A stretch of 32,000 nucleotides of DNA from Candidatus Methylomirabilis oxygeniifera (GCA_000091165.1 FP565575.1:810001-842000); one strand, 5' to 3'; counted from the stretch's first letter, positions 8,786 through 17,620 are shown. Numbers and translations: made by a program. The notes: generated from the sequence alone by a model not told the origin.

Positions 8786-9871
8786 TCAGGCCACCTTGGC
8801 TCCTATTGCTGCCTGGATGGAGATGAACTCCCCCAGATTATCCATTGTCACCAGACCCACCAACCTGCCGTCGTGCGTCACGGGCAGCGTGTGACAATCA
8901 CCGGTCTGGAGGCGTGCGAATGCCGTCTCCAGCATGTCGGACGAGTCGATGAGTTGGAAATCCCGGCGCATCACCTCGGCGACGGGCACTGTCTGCCCCT
9001 CCGAAGCTAGCGCCGCCAGCAGATCACTCCGCATCAGTATGCCCTCCACGCGATCGCCTTCTACGACAGGGAAGTCCTGCTGTGAACCTGCAAGGATCAA
9101 CTCGACGGCCCGTGTCAGGGGGTCGTGCGCGGACAGCGTACGGAAGTCAGTGAGCATGGCCCGTTCGATAGGGATGCCGCCGAGAGCCGACTTCATCTGC
9201 GCCATGCTGGCTTCCTGGCCTGCGCCGATCCACACGAAGAGCGCGATGAAGAGCAGGAACGGATTGCTGAACAGGCCGATGAATCCGAACAGCACTGCGA
9301 TGCCCTGGCCGAGTCCGGCGGCGACCTGGGTCGCGCGGGTGTACTCCATACGCATCGCGAGAAGCGCGCGCAGCACCCGACCGCCGTCCATCGGGAAGGC
9401 CGGAATCAGATTGAACGCGACGAGAAAGACGTTTACCATCAGCAGGCGCTGGACGAATGGGCCCGTGGCCACACCCAGGTGACCGAGAGGCTCCAGGCCG
9501 GTCGTCAACTCCAGCCAAACGAAAAGGAGCCCTGCAATGACGACGTTGACGGCCGGACCGGCCAGCGCGACCCAGAACTCCTGGATCGGGACATCCGGCA
9601 TCCGCTCGAGCCGCGCGACGCCCCCGATTGGGAGCAGCGTGATGTCGCGGGTCCTGATGCCGTACCGTCTCGCGGTCAGCGCGTGTCCGAACTCGTGCAG
9701 CACCACGCAGCCGAACAGCGCCAGGGTGAACCCGCTGCCTGCCAGCGCGGCGGCCACAGTATGTTCAGTCCGCCAGTGGCTCACGGCCACCCAGCCAATA
9801 AGGACCAGGAAGGTGACGTGCATATAAACACTAATTCCTGCTACCTCGCCTAGTCGCCACGACCATCGCAT
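8786..9871 (-). CDS. Site-2 protease family (M50) zinc metalloprotease with C-terminal CBS domains
   Basis: From start MRWSWRLGEVAGISVYMHVTFLVLIGW; LHEFGHALTARRYGI (HExxH), NLIPAFPMDGGRVLRALLA, CBS pair at C-terminus. Start trimmed from ORF 8786-10261. Confidence 0.93.
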   Translation of the reverse strand: MRWSWRLGEVAGISVYMHVTFLVLIGWVAVSHWRTEHTVAAALAGSGFTLALFGCVVLHEFGHALTARRYGIRTRDITLLPIGGVARLERMPDVPIQEFWVALAGPAVNVVIAGLLFVWLELTTGLEPLGHLGVATGPFVQRLLMVNVFLVAFNLIPAFPMDGGRVLRALLAMRMEYTRATQVAAGLGQGIAVLFGFIGLFSNPFLLFIALFVWIGAGQEASMAQMKSALGGIPIERAMLTDFRTLSAHDPLTRAVELILAGSQQDFPVVEGDRVEGILMRSDLLAALASEGQTVPVAEVMRRDFQLIDSSDMLETAFARLQTGDCHTLPVTHDGRLVGLVTMDNLGEFISIQAAIGAKVA

Positions 9872-10233
9872 CGTCGGTCTCTCCTCTATCGCGCCGCAAC
9901 TGCGGCGCGTGTCGCGTGGCGCGAAGTGCTGGCGCCGTCTACAGATACCATGAACGCACTGCCCTCCGCCTGCGCAATGCAGTGTCCTCGGTATGGATAT
10001 CACCGGACGGCGCAAGTCGCGAAGAGGTGGTACAGCACGATGCAGTATAGCGCATTTGACGCCCACAAGCACGACGCGCCGGAATCGGTGGGTATCTACT
10101 CCCTCGTGTTCGGAGCCGACGAATCCGATCCGTCCCCGCTGATTGAAAAGCTCCACCATAAGTAGCGCTATCCGTCGAGATTGTCGATCATAAGTCCTCG
10201 TATTTCTCAGCCCCGCTCTCCCGGTCATGGTCA

Positions 10234-10335
10234 CACCTGCCGATTCTTTGGAACCTTTCACCTCCCTTCACGATTTACCTAGTCAAAGGAGGTGAGATAC
10301 CATGCCAGGAGCAGAGTTCTACTCGGATCTCCTCG
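10234..10335 (+). repeat. 102-bp promoter/leader plus first 11 codons module, copy 2 (intact gene follows)
   Basis: See 8405-8506; both ATGs lie at identical offsets (8473 and 10302). Confidence 0.85.
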
Positions 10336-10511
10336 TCTACATGTACCTGATCACATTTGGGTTCGTCACGTTCATGCTTAGCTTCGTGTGGGGCTTTGCC
10401 AAGTTCGTGCTACCACGGTGGCTGGAGGAAGAGGCGGCGCGGGCGAAAAAGACAGAGGTGGCGCGAGCTGCGAAGCCCACACCGATGACGACACTTTTGC
10501 AGGCGGCCTGA
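10302..10511 (+). CDS. Small single-pass membrane protein, 69 aa, function unknown
   Basis: AAAGGAGGTGAGATACC RBS; MPGAEFYSDLLVYMYLITFGFVTFMLSFVWGFAKFVLPRWLEEEAARAKK...; one strong TM segment with basic/acidic C-terminal tail. Confidence 0.7.
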   Translation: MPGAEFYSDLLVYMYLITFGFVTFMLSFVWGFAKFVLPRWLEEEAARAKKTEVARAAKPTPMTTLLQAA

Positions 10512-10532
10512 ACGCATGAAGTTCCGAAATAA

Positions 10533-10569
10533 ATCGAGCCGATCTCGCCAGTTGCGGGATCGGCTCGAT
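10533..10569. terminator. 12-bp perfect inverted repeat after the small membrane protein gene; possible terminator or processing hairpin
   Basis: ATCGAGCCGATC (10533-10544), 13-nt loop, GATCGGCTCGAT (10558-10569); 21 nt downstream of the stop. No clear U-tract. Confidence 0.5.
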
Positions 10570-11037
10570 CTCTATGAAAGGGGGGAGGACTGTACTGTTC
10601 CCATCCACAGGTAACGCTTCAGATGATGCCGCATGAATCCTTGACCCTCTCAGAGGGTAAGATTATAGTGACGACAATGGACGGCTACTGTGGTTCGATT
10701 CAGCAGAAGTAGTGCGTACCCACGCAACCGACTCGAACCTGCCGGCCGTCGGAGTTGTGAGTAGCCTCGTCGCCGTAACGACGGTAACGTAGTCGGTTAC
10801 ACCCTGCTGGTTGCCCGCGTGTATGGAGTAGCCTACTTGCGAGGCGCGAGCGATCGGCTCCTCTGAAGCCGGATCAGGGGAGATCCTGTCGCACGGCTGT
10901 TCTGTACTGAACTTATTATCACTTCGGTTTCTTGTCGTGATAGCCTTACGCTGGAAGTGATGGCCGCATCCGACTTGCTGCGCCTGGTGGCGGGAAAGGC
11001 ATGAGGCGGGAGAAGCGGACGAAAAGGAGGTAATCCT

Positions 11038-12894
11038 GTGGCGAATGCCGCCAAAGATCTGGTATGCGGGATGACGGCCCTTGCCGAGAAAGGTGTCGCC
11101 GTGTTCCATCAGGGAAAGGTATACGCCTTCTGCTCTGATTTTTGTAAGCAGACCTTCCTGGCCGATCCTGAAAAGTATCTCGGAGCAGCTCCAACCCCCA
11201 CCACGGGCGAGACCGATGTCACCCGACGTATTGCCTACTTCTCGATGGAGGTGGCCGTGGATCCCCGTATGCCGACTTACAGCGGCGGCTTAGGAGTGCT
11301 GGCGGGGGACACCCTGAGGTCCTGCGCCGATCTCACGATCCCGATTGTGGCCGTGAGCCTCCTGTATGCCAAGGGGTATTTCGATCAAAAACTGGACGAA
11401 TGGGGCAACCAGCAGGAACTCCCGGTTGCATGGGAGCCTTCCCGTTATCTGCGCCTGCTTCCGGTCACGGTGCGGGTCCCCATTGAAAACCGATCCGTAG
11501 TCGTCAGGGCCTGGCAGTATGATATTACAGGCTATACCGGATATTCGGTTCCCTTGATCCTTCTGGACACGAACGTCGATGAAAATGCCCAGCCTGATCG
11601 GGAGCTCACCAGTTCTCTCTACGGAGGGGACGAACGATATCGCCTGGTCCAGGAGGTCATTCTTGGCATGGGAGGCGTCCGGATGCTCCGAGCGCTCGGG
11701 TACACGCAACTGGAGAGATTCCACCTGAATGAAGGCCACGCCAGTCTCTTGATCCTGGAGCTGTTGCGCGAGCAGCAAGGTCAAGCGACTGAAGGGTGGG
11801 ATTTCGATAGCGTCAGAAGCCGCTGTGTCTTCACCACCCACACACCCGTTTCAGCCGGCCACGACCAGTTCTCGTATGACCTGGTGAAGGGCGTTCTCGG
11901 GGAACCTGTGCCGCTGGATCTCATGCAGATGCTGGGGGGCAGGGAACGTCTGAACATGACGCTTCTCGCGCTGAACCTGAGCCAGTACGTAAACGGAGTG
12001 GCGAAGAAGCATGGAGAAGTCTCACAAGAGATGTTTCCAGGTTATTCTATCGATTCCATCACCAATGGAGTTCATTCATGCACCTGGACCTGCGATAGCT
12101 TTAAGAAGCTCTACGACCGTCACATCGCCGGATGGGCCAATGATTCTTTCTCGCTCCGGTACGCCATCAGCATCCCAAAGAACGAGATATGGGAGGCCCA
12201 CGTCGAGGCCAAGGCGCGGTTGATCGAGGAGGTGCATCGGCGAATCGGGATGTCTCTGAAGCCTGACGTGCTCACCATCGGTTTTGCGCGGCGAGCGACA
12301 TTGTACAAGCGGACCGATCTGCTCTTTTCCGATCCCGGCCGGTTGGTGGAGATCGCTGCAACTGTCGGCCCGATGCAATTCATTTTTGCGGGGAAGGCGC
12401 ATCCGAAGGATGGGCCAGGGAAAGACCTGATTCGGCGAGTATTTCATTTCGCACGGCAACTGAAGGATCAGATCTCAATCGCCTATCTTGAGAATTACGA
12501 CATGGAGCTAGGCAGGTTGCTGACCTCCGGTGTGGACCTCTGGTTGAACACCCCCTTGCGCCCGCTGGAGGCCTCCGGCACCTCAGGCATGAAGGCCGCT
12601 CACAATGGGGTCCCAAGTTTCAGTGTCCTCGATGGCTGGTGGATTGAGGGGCATATCGAGGGCGTGACCGGATGGTCGATCGGGCCTGGTCCTATGAATC
12701 GTGCCGATTCGGATCGGATGAACGGCCGGGATGCACAGGAGCTATATCACAAGCTGCGAACGGTGGTCGTCCCGATGTTTTACCGGGACCCGGAGCGATG
12801 GGTCGATATCATGCGGCAAACGATCGCGTTCAATGCGTCGTTTTTCAATACGCACCGGATGGTCCAACAGTATGCCGCCCAAGCGTATGTGTAG
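11038..12894 (+). CDS. Alpha-glucan (glycogen/maltodextrin) phosphorylase, GT35 family, with N-terminal YHS domain
   Basis: AAAAGGAGGTAATCCT RBS before GTG 11038; DLVCGMTALAEKGVAVFHQGKVYAFCSDFCKQTFLADPEKYL (YHS), then IAYFSMEVAVDPRMPTYSGGLGVLAGDTLRS...RFHLNEGHASLLILELL...EASGTSGMKAAHNGVPSFSVLDGWWIEGH. Confidence 0.93.
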   Translation: MANAAKDLVCGMTALAEKGVAVFHQGKVYAFCSDFCKQTFLADPEKYLGAAPTPTTGETDVTRRIAYFSMEVAVDPRMPTYSGGLGVLAGDTLRSCADLTIPIVAVSLLYAKGYFDQKLDEWGNQQELPVAWEPSRYLRLLPVTVRVPIENRSVVVRAWQYDITGYTGYSVPLILLDTNVDENAQPDRELTSSLYGGDERYRLVQEVILGMGGVRMLRALGYTQLERFHLNEGHASLLILELLREQQGQATEGWDFDSVRSRCVFTTHTPVSAGHDQFSYDLVKGVLGEPVPLDLMQMLGGRERLNMTLLALNLSQYVNGVAKKHGEVSQEMFPGYSIDSITNGVHSCTWTCDSFKKLYDRHIAGWANDSFSLRYAISIPKNEIWEAHVEAKARLIEEVHRRIGMSLKPDVLTIGFARRATLYKRTDLLFSDPGRLVEIAATVGPMQFIFAGKAHPKDGPGKDLIRRVFHFARQLKDQISIAYLENYDMELGRLLTSGVDLWLNTPLRPLEASGTSGMKAAHNGVPSFSVLDGWWIEGHIEGVTGWSIGPGPMNRADSDRMNGRDAQELYHKLRTVVVPMFYRDPERWVDIMRQTIAFNASFFNTHRMVQQYAAQAYV

Positions 12895-12909
12895 GAGGAT
12901 CGATCCTCC
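12894..12909. other. 16-bp perfect palindrome at the phosphorylase stop codon
   Basis: GGAGGATCGATCCTCC, overlapping the last base of the TAG stop. Confidence 0.5.
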
Positions 12910-13128
12910 AGGAATCGCCCATAGGTCATGGCGCATCGGGTAAGGGGATTTGTGAGCATCGTAGCTATTTGTGCCGAGTCGCGCAGACTGGAGTGCGGCC
13001 TTTTGAAGGCTGATGTTCTCAATATACCGATCTTAAGGTAGAATCAAGCGGATCGCGGTAGGTGTTAGGCAGACCCACTGTCTGGTGTGGCGGTAATGAG
13101 AACCCTTTCGGAAGACGGAGGAACGGCT

Positions 13129-13587
13129 ATGAATCGTGTGAAGTATGCGGGTGCGTTGGCGTTAGCCGCGGCGTTGATGACGGCAGGAACCGCGTCGGCG
13201 CAACAGCCTCAGCCCTGCGCGATGATGAAAGATCACCAGATGGGCGGCATGCAGCAGTCTGGGCCTGGGACGATGAAGCAGGACCATCAGATGGGCGGGA
13301 TGCAGCAGCAGGGGATGTCTGGCATGGGTATGGGCATGATGGAGATGTGTCAGAAGATGCAGGAGGGGACGGCTCAGGAGTGCAAGATGATGGAAGGGAT
13401 GAAGGGAGAGCGCCAGCCCATGGTTGAGATGAAAAAACATCTACGCGAGATGAAGAAACATATGAACATGTTGGATGAGATGATGGACGGAATGATGGAG
13501 AACATGATGATGCAGCGCCAACAGGGGATGACGCCCCCAGGATCAGGATCCGAACCTCAAGAACACCACCCTGGCGAGAGCAAGTGA
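13129..13587 (+). CDS. Secreted Met/His-rich protein, candidate periplasmic copper/metal-binding protein
   Basis: GACGGAGGAACGGCT RBS; MNRVKYAGALALAAALMTAGTASAQQ signal peptide; two HQMGGMQQ repeats and dense Met motifs (MGMGMMEM, MNMLDEMMDGMMENMMMQ). Confidence 0.8.
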   Translation: MNRVKYAGALALAAALMTAGTASAQQPQPCAMMKDHQMGGMQQSGPGTMKQDHQMGGMQQQGMSGMGMGMMEMCQKMQEGTAQECKMMEGMKGERQPMVEMKKHLREMKKHMNMLDEMMDGMMENMMMQRQQGMTPPGSGSEPQEHHPGESK

Positions 13588-13826
13588 GCGGGATCACTTG
13601 CCACGTACGCAATGGCATCCAGCTTGCGGGCCTGTCTTCGAGCTTCTGATGCGAGCTCGTCGAAATCTGCCAGCGTAGGAGTAGATATCGCCTTTAAGAT
13701 TACGGTGTCCTTCTCCCCGACGACGACGAATTGCGAACCGGGTGTCAAGCCGAGTCTTTTCCGGATGCCTTCTGGAATGACGACTTGCCCCTTGGATGAC
13801 GTCTTCGTTGTGGCGACACCAGCCAT
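13557..13826 (-). CDS. SpoVT-AbrB domain protein, antitoxin-like
   Basis: MAGVATTKTSSKGQVVIPEGIRKRLGLTPGSQFVVVGEKDTVILKAIS...; GGGAGGTG RBS on minus strand. Confidence 0.85.
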   Translation of the reverse strand: MAGVATTKTSSKGQVVIPEGIRKRLGLTPGSQFVVVGEKDTVILKAISTPTLADFDELASEARRQARKLDAIAYVASDPAHLLSPGWCS

Positions 13827-13919
13827 TTTTCACCTCCCAATAGGATTGCCTTACCAGTAAGATTCTAGAGATTATCCATGCTATGGCAAGACAAAACCGG
13901 ATGAAAAACCGCAAGTCGC

Positions 13920-14207
13920 TTACGAATGGACGGGAGAAGCGGAAAGCTTCACACCGAGAGCATGAAGCAGCTTGAGCATCGTGTCGTAGCGCGGCTTGGC
14001 ACCGGGCGTAAGCACCTTGTACAGACTCTCGCGCCCAAGACCGGCATCTTTGGCAAGTTGTGCCATACCACGGGCGCGCGCCACATCACGCACGGCAGTG
14101 AAAAATACATCGGGATTGGGGTCTTCCAACGCGGCGGTAATGTATTCCGCGATGGTTTCCTCATCATCGAGGTAGTCGGCAGCATCGAAGGGAGCAAATT
14201 TAGCCAT
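13920..14207 (-). CDS. Addiction-module antidote protein, HigA-like HTH family
   Basis: FDAADYLDDEETIAEYITAALEDPNPDVFFTAVRDVARARGMAQLAKDAGLGRESLYKVLTPGAKPRYDTMLKLLHALGVKL; AAGGAG RBS. Confidence 0.87.
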   Translation of the reverse strand: MAKFAPFDAADYLDDEETIAEYITAALEDPNPDVFFTAVRDVARARGMAQLAKDAGLGRESLYKVLTPGAKPRYDTMLKLLHALGVKLSASPVHS

Positions 14208-14210
14208 GGT

Positions 14211-14333
14211 TTACTCCTTATCCAAAGCCCGCGTCATCAACTGGTGTTTTCCGCCAGAAGATGGACCACGAAACCCAAGCTGGTGGAGGCCGCGAATCAA
14301 GGCCGCTCAGGTTATGAGTCTAAGGCGCGCCAT
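14211..14333 (-). pseudogene. HicA toxin remnant with in-frame stop, C-terminus lost
   Basis: From the ATG overlapping the hicB-like stop: MARLRLIT*AALIRGLHQLGFRGPSSGGKHQLMTRALDKE*. Matches the HicA pattern of LIRxLxxLGFxxxxxxGxKHxxM as I recall it; codon 9 is TGA and the sequence ends in unrelated codons. Confidence 0.8.
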
Positions 14334-14581
14334 CAGGCAACTTCTTGCATGGTCAGGGTGATGTCGTCGACGGGTGGGAGCGGATGGCCCATTCTGAGCC
14401 CTAAGACAATCCACTCTTCCAAGACTTCTCGCAACTTCTCACGGCAGGCTTCCACCGTATCAGCCTGCGCCCACACTCCTTGAAAGCCTTCGATGTTGGC
14501 AAAATATCCTTCTCCATCAGGCAGCATCTCATAGTGGGCTTTCCGCAGCGCGGCATTGATGTAAGTCGTTAACATACGCAC
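14333..14581 (-). CDS. HicB-family antitoxin-like protein
   Basis: MRMLTTYINAALRKAHYEMLPDGEGYFANIEGFQGVWAQADTVEACREKLREVLEEWIVLGLRMGHPLPPV: typical HicB fold sequence. Confidence 0.88.
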   Translation of the reverse strand: MRMLTTYINAALRKAHYEMLPDGEGYFANIEGFQGVWAQADTVEACREKLREVLEEWIVLGLRMGHPLPPVDDITLTMQEVA

Positions 14582-14935
14582 CTCTTTTCTCGGAGACTCA
14601 TGTTCCCTCTATTGAGGGAACCAACACGTCCCACCCCGGAAACCTCCAGCAACTGCGGCGATTGTCGTGCCTTTCCAAGGGCTTGTCAAGTTCCTCCAGC
14701 ACCGTTCGTTGCCGACAAACACTGATCGCATCATCCCATTGTAGCTGCAGCGAACTAAGCGTCAAGGTTAGTGCGTCTGCTGGACTGCGACCCCCCTTTC
14801 CGCCCTTACCGAACAGATAGTATAAATTGTCGTAGTGTTCACTATGCTGATCCCCTTGAAAAGTGGGCAGGGTCTGTGACACACTGGGGCTACTCAACGA
14901 AGGGGAATAGTGGTTTGGCTTAAGGAGTGAGCGTG

Positions 14936-16786
14936 ATGGAGAAGAAACAGCGACAGTTTGCTCTCGGGTACTTCGTGGCCGCCTTCTTTCTGGTGCTGGC
15001 GGTTCACGATTTCCTGATAGCGCGCCATACTGAGACCCTGTCGTACAGCGAATTCAAGGTCCTTGTGAAAGCCGGTAAGGTGGAAGACCTGACTCTCGGG
15101 ACGCGTGTCATCTACGGGCGGCTGAAACGGGAGGGACTGGAAGGGCTCCTGTCCAAAGAGAAGGTCGAGGAGATTCAACGGGTCACTGGAGCAGAGCTTC
15201 GCTTCGCCACCGTCAGAGTCGACGATCCGACGCTCATCCAGGAACTGGAGGCGTTGAAGGTGCGTTTCGCCGGCGAGGTGGAAAGTACGTGGTTTACCAC
15301 GCTGCTGTCCTGGGTGCTCCCTGCGCTGGTCTTTGTTGGCGTGTGGATGTTTCTCATGAAGCGGGTCGGAGGACCGGCGAGCGGTCTGATGGCGATCGGC
15401 AAGAGTAAAGCCAAAGTATACATGGAGAAAGAGACCGGCGTGACCTTCGCAGACGTGGCGGGGATCGACGAGGCGCGCGCTGAGTTGATGGAGATCGTCG
15501 AATTTCTGAAGACACCCGAACGGTACCGCCGCCTTGGAGGAAAGATACCCAAAGGGGTTCTGATAGTCGGGGCCCCGGGAACGGGGAAGACGCTGCTGGC
15601 TAAGGCCGTAGCCGGGGAGGCCGGGGTTCCATTCTTCAGTATGAGCGGGTCGGATTTCGTCGAGATGTTTGTGGGAGTCGGGGCGGCTCGAGTGCGCGAT
15701 CTCTTTGCCCAGGCTCAGGAAAAGGCCCCCTGCATCATCTTTATCGATGAACTGGATGCCCTCGGAAAGGCCCGTGGGCTCAATCCGATGGGCGGACACG
15801 ACGAACGGGAGCAGACCCTCAACCAACTGCTGGTGGAGATGGACGGCTTCGACACAAACAAGGGCGTGATCATCATGGCTGCGACCAACCGCCCGGAGAT
15901 CCTCGATCCGGCCTTGCTCCGCCCCGGGCGTTTCGACCGACAGGTCGCCCTCGACCGCCCGGATATCAAGGGACGGGAGAAGATTCTCCAGGTGCACGCT
16001 AAGCCGGTTACGCTTTCGCCGGGAGTGAACCTCGCTGCCATTGCTGCGAAGACTCCGGGGTTTGTCGGCGCCGATCTGGCCAACCTGGTGAACGAGGCGG
16101 CGCTGCTGGCTGCGCGCAAGGGCAGGGATGCGGTGGAGATGGCGGATTTCGATGAGGCGATCGACCGGATTGTGGGCGGCCTCGAGAAGAAGACCAGGGT
16201 GATGAATCCCGCGGAGAAGGAGACCGTTGCCTACCACGAGGCCGGCCATGCCCTGGTGGCGGAGTCTCGCCCTCGCGCCGACCGTGTCTCGAAGATCTCG
16301 ATTATCCCGCGCGGGGTGGCCGCGCTCGGTTATACGCAGCAGTTACCTACGGAGGATCGGTACCTGCTTAAGAGGGCTGAGATACTTGACCGGCTGGATG
16401 TGTTGCTTGGAGGTCGGGTGGCCGAAGAGATCGTCTTCGGCGATGTCTCCACCGGAGCCCAGGATGATCTTCAGCGGGCCACCGATATGGCCCGTCTCAT
16501 GGTGACTCAATACGGGATGAGCGAACAGTTAGGACTGGCGACGTTCGAAGAGCCGCGCAGTTCCCCTTTCCTCAACATCTCGAAGCCTCAGAGATTGCGG
16601 GAGTATAGTGAGCAGACGGCTCAGACGATTGATGAGGAGATCCGGAAGCTCCTGACTGAAGCCCACACCAGAGTCGAGCAGACGCTTGCCGGTAGACGCA
16701 ACGAGCTGGATGCGCTGGCCAAGCTGCTGCTGGAAAAGGAGGTCGTCGATCGGGAGGCCCTGACGCAACTGCTTCGGCCCCAGTAG
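14936..16786 (+). CDS. ftsH: ATP-dependent zinc metalloprotease FtsH
   Basis: [93 protein letters not shown] at 14922-14927 favours ATG 14936 (or GTG 14933) over the ORF-track start. Confidence 0.96.
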   Translation: MEKKQRQFALGYFVAAFFLVLAVHDFLIARHTETLSYSEFKVLVKAGKVEDLTLGTRVIYGRLKREGLEGLLSKEKVEEIQRVTGAELRFATVRVDDPTLIQELEALKVRFAGEVESTWFTTLLSWVLPALVFVGVWMFLMKRVGGPASGLMAIGKSKAKVYMEKETGVTFADVAGIDEARAELMEIVEFLKTPERYRRLGGKIPKGVLIVGAPGTGKTLLAKAVAGEAGVPFFSMSGSDFVEMFVGVGAARVRDLFAQAQEKAPCIIFIDELDALGKARGLNPMGGHDEREQTLNQLLVEMDGFDTNKGVIIMAATNRPEILDPALLRPGRFDRQVALDRPDIKGREKILQVHAKPVTLSPGVNLAAIAAKTPGFVGADLANLVNEAALLAARKGRDAVEMADFDEAIDRIVGGLEKKTRVMNPAEKETVAYHEAGHALVAESRPRADRVSKISIIPRGVAALGYTQQLPTEDRYLLKRAEILDRLDVLLGGRVAEEIVFGDVSTGAQDDLQRATDMARLMVTQYGMSEQLGLATFEEPRSSPFLNISKPQRLREYSEQTAQTIDEEIRKLLTEAHTRVEQTLAGRRNELDALAKLLLEKEVVDREALTQLLRPQ

Positions 16787-17049
16787 TCCTAGAGACCAAG
16801 ATCCCAACACCTCATATTCCCTTCTACCGCTGGGGCATTCGGCTTTTTCATGTGGCATACATGTCCCACATTGTCATTCTAGAGTTTTCGCATAGTTACA
16901 TTGTCGCTGGTTCCGCGATGGGGCAGTTGCTCCCGGTTTCGCGGAGGGACGTCGACGGCGTCATGCTGATGTCGGCGACTGTTCGTAAAAATACTCGTCG
17001 TTTCAAATAGTTAGGTTGGGTATTGGAGCGACAGAACTTGTACGATCGT

Positions 17050-17065
17050 TGGCACCGCCATTGCT
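17050..17065 (+). promoter_or_regulatory. Candidate sigma-54 (-24/-12) promoter upstream of the response regulator gene
   Basis: TTGGCACCGCCATTGCT: TGGCAC-N5-TTGCT with 10 nt between GG and GC, in a noncoding gap about 110 nt before ATG 17174. Confidence 0.6.
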
Positions 17066-17100
17066 CTTATACGTAGCGTCGTAGGTCATAACATGGACGT

Positions 17101-17160
17101 TATTCTCGCGAAAACAGGAATCCAGTAAGGCCCTAGATTCCGGGTTAAGCCCGGAATGAC
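17101..17160 (-). repeat. Dispersed palindromic repeat, GTCATTCCGG...GGAATCTAGG family, copy 2 (inverted)
   Basis: Reverse complement matches 2207-2266. Confidence 0.8.
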
Positions 17161-17173
17161 AAAGCGCTAGACC

Positions 17174-17620
17174 ATGATGAGCGATCAGCGGAAGGTCCTA
17201 ATCGTTGCGCCGGAGTCGGCGATCCGGCAGCAGATCCTCGGTCGCGTGGCGGCGCAGGCGTGCCGGACTGTGACCGCCGGGACGGGCAGCGATGCCTTAT
17301 TGGCTGTGGTTGAGCACGATGTGGCGCTGGTGATTCTCGATCTCTCGATCGCCGAGCCCTCCGGCAGCAGGACTATTGAGATCCTCCGAAAGATTCGACC
17401 TCGCTTGCCCGTGGTGGTATTGTCCGATGACCGGTCGCTCGAGACGGGTCGCCAGGTCCTTCAGCACGGCGTCTTTTATTACCTGCTTACGCCGTTTGAC
17501 GTTGACGAGCTTGACCAGATTGTGCGGATCGCTCTGACCTCCACCATGCAACGCGCCGCAGGAGTTGAGGAGAGGTCCCGCGAATGGCAATCGGCAGGCG
17601 AGAGGGGAGGGGTGGCATGA
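17174..17620 (+). CDS. Receiver-domain response regulator without recognisable output domain
   Basis: KVLIVAPESAIRQQILGRV...VALVILDLSIAEPSGSRTIEILRKIRPRLPVVVLSDD...GVFYYLLTPFDVDELDQIV. Confidence 0.85.
   Translation: MMSDQRKVLIVAPESAIRQQILGRVAAQACRTVTAGTGSDALLAVVEHDVALVILDLSIAEPSGSRTIEILRKIRPRLPVVVLSDDRSLETGRQVLQHGVFYYLLTPFDVDELDQIVRIALTSTMQRAAGVEERSREWQSAGERGGVA

Noticed and set aside
9125-9853. 242-aa plus-strand ORF
   Set aside because: Antisense to the CBS-containing site-2 protease; low-complexity charged translation.
9872-10261. N-terminal extension of the site-2 protease ORF and the opposing ORF 9926-10165
   Set aside because: The extension overlaps the duplicated leader module and lacks membrane-protease features; the opposing 79-aa frame has no recognisable motif or RBS.
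10663-11109. 148-aa minus-strand ORF in the gap before the phosphorylase
   Set aside because: Overlaps the phosphorylase start region and its strong RBS; no recognisable domain. Treated as noncoding.
13236-13340. DNA-level tandem repeat (GATCACCAGATGGGCGGCATGCAGCAG) as an independent element
   Set aside because: It encodes the repeated HQMGGMQQ motif in frame within the Met-rich protein, so it is explained by the protein.
13162-13440. Minus-strand ORFs 13127-13618 and 13162-13440
   Set aside because: Antisense of the Met-rich coding repeat, giving His/Leu/Pro-rich low-complexity peptides.
14598-14897. 99-aa minus-strand ORF between hicB-like and ftsH
   Set aside because: No family signature, and it is more compatible with an intergenic promoter region.
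14894-16249. 451-aa minus-strand ORF
   Set aside because: Antisense shadow of ftsH.
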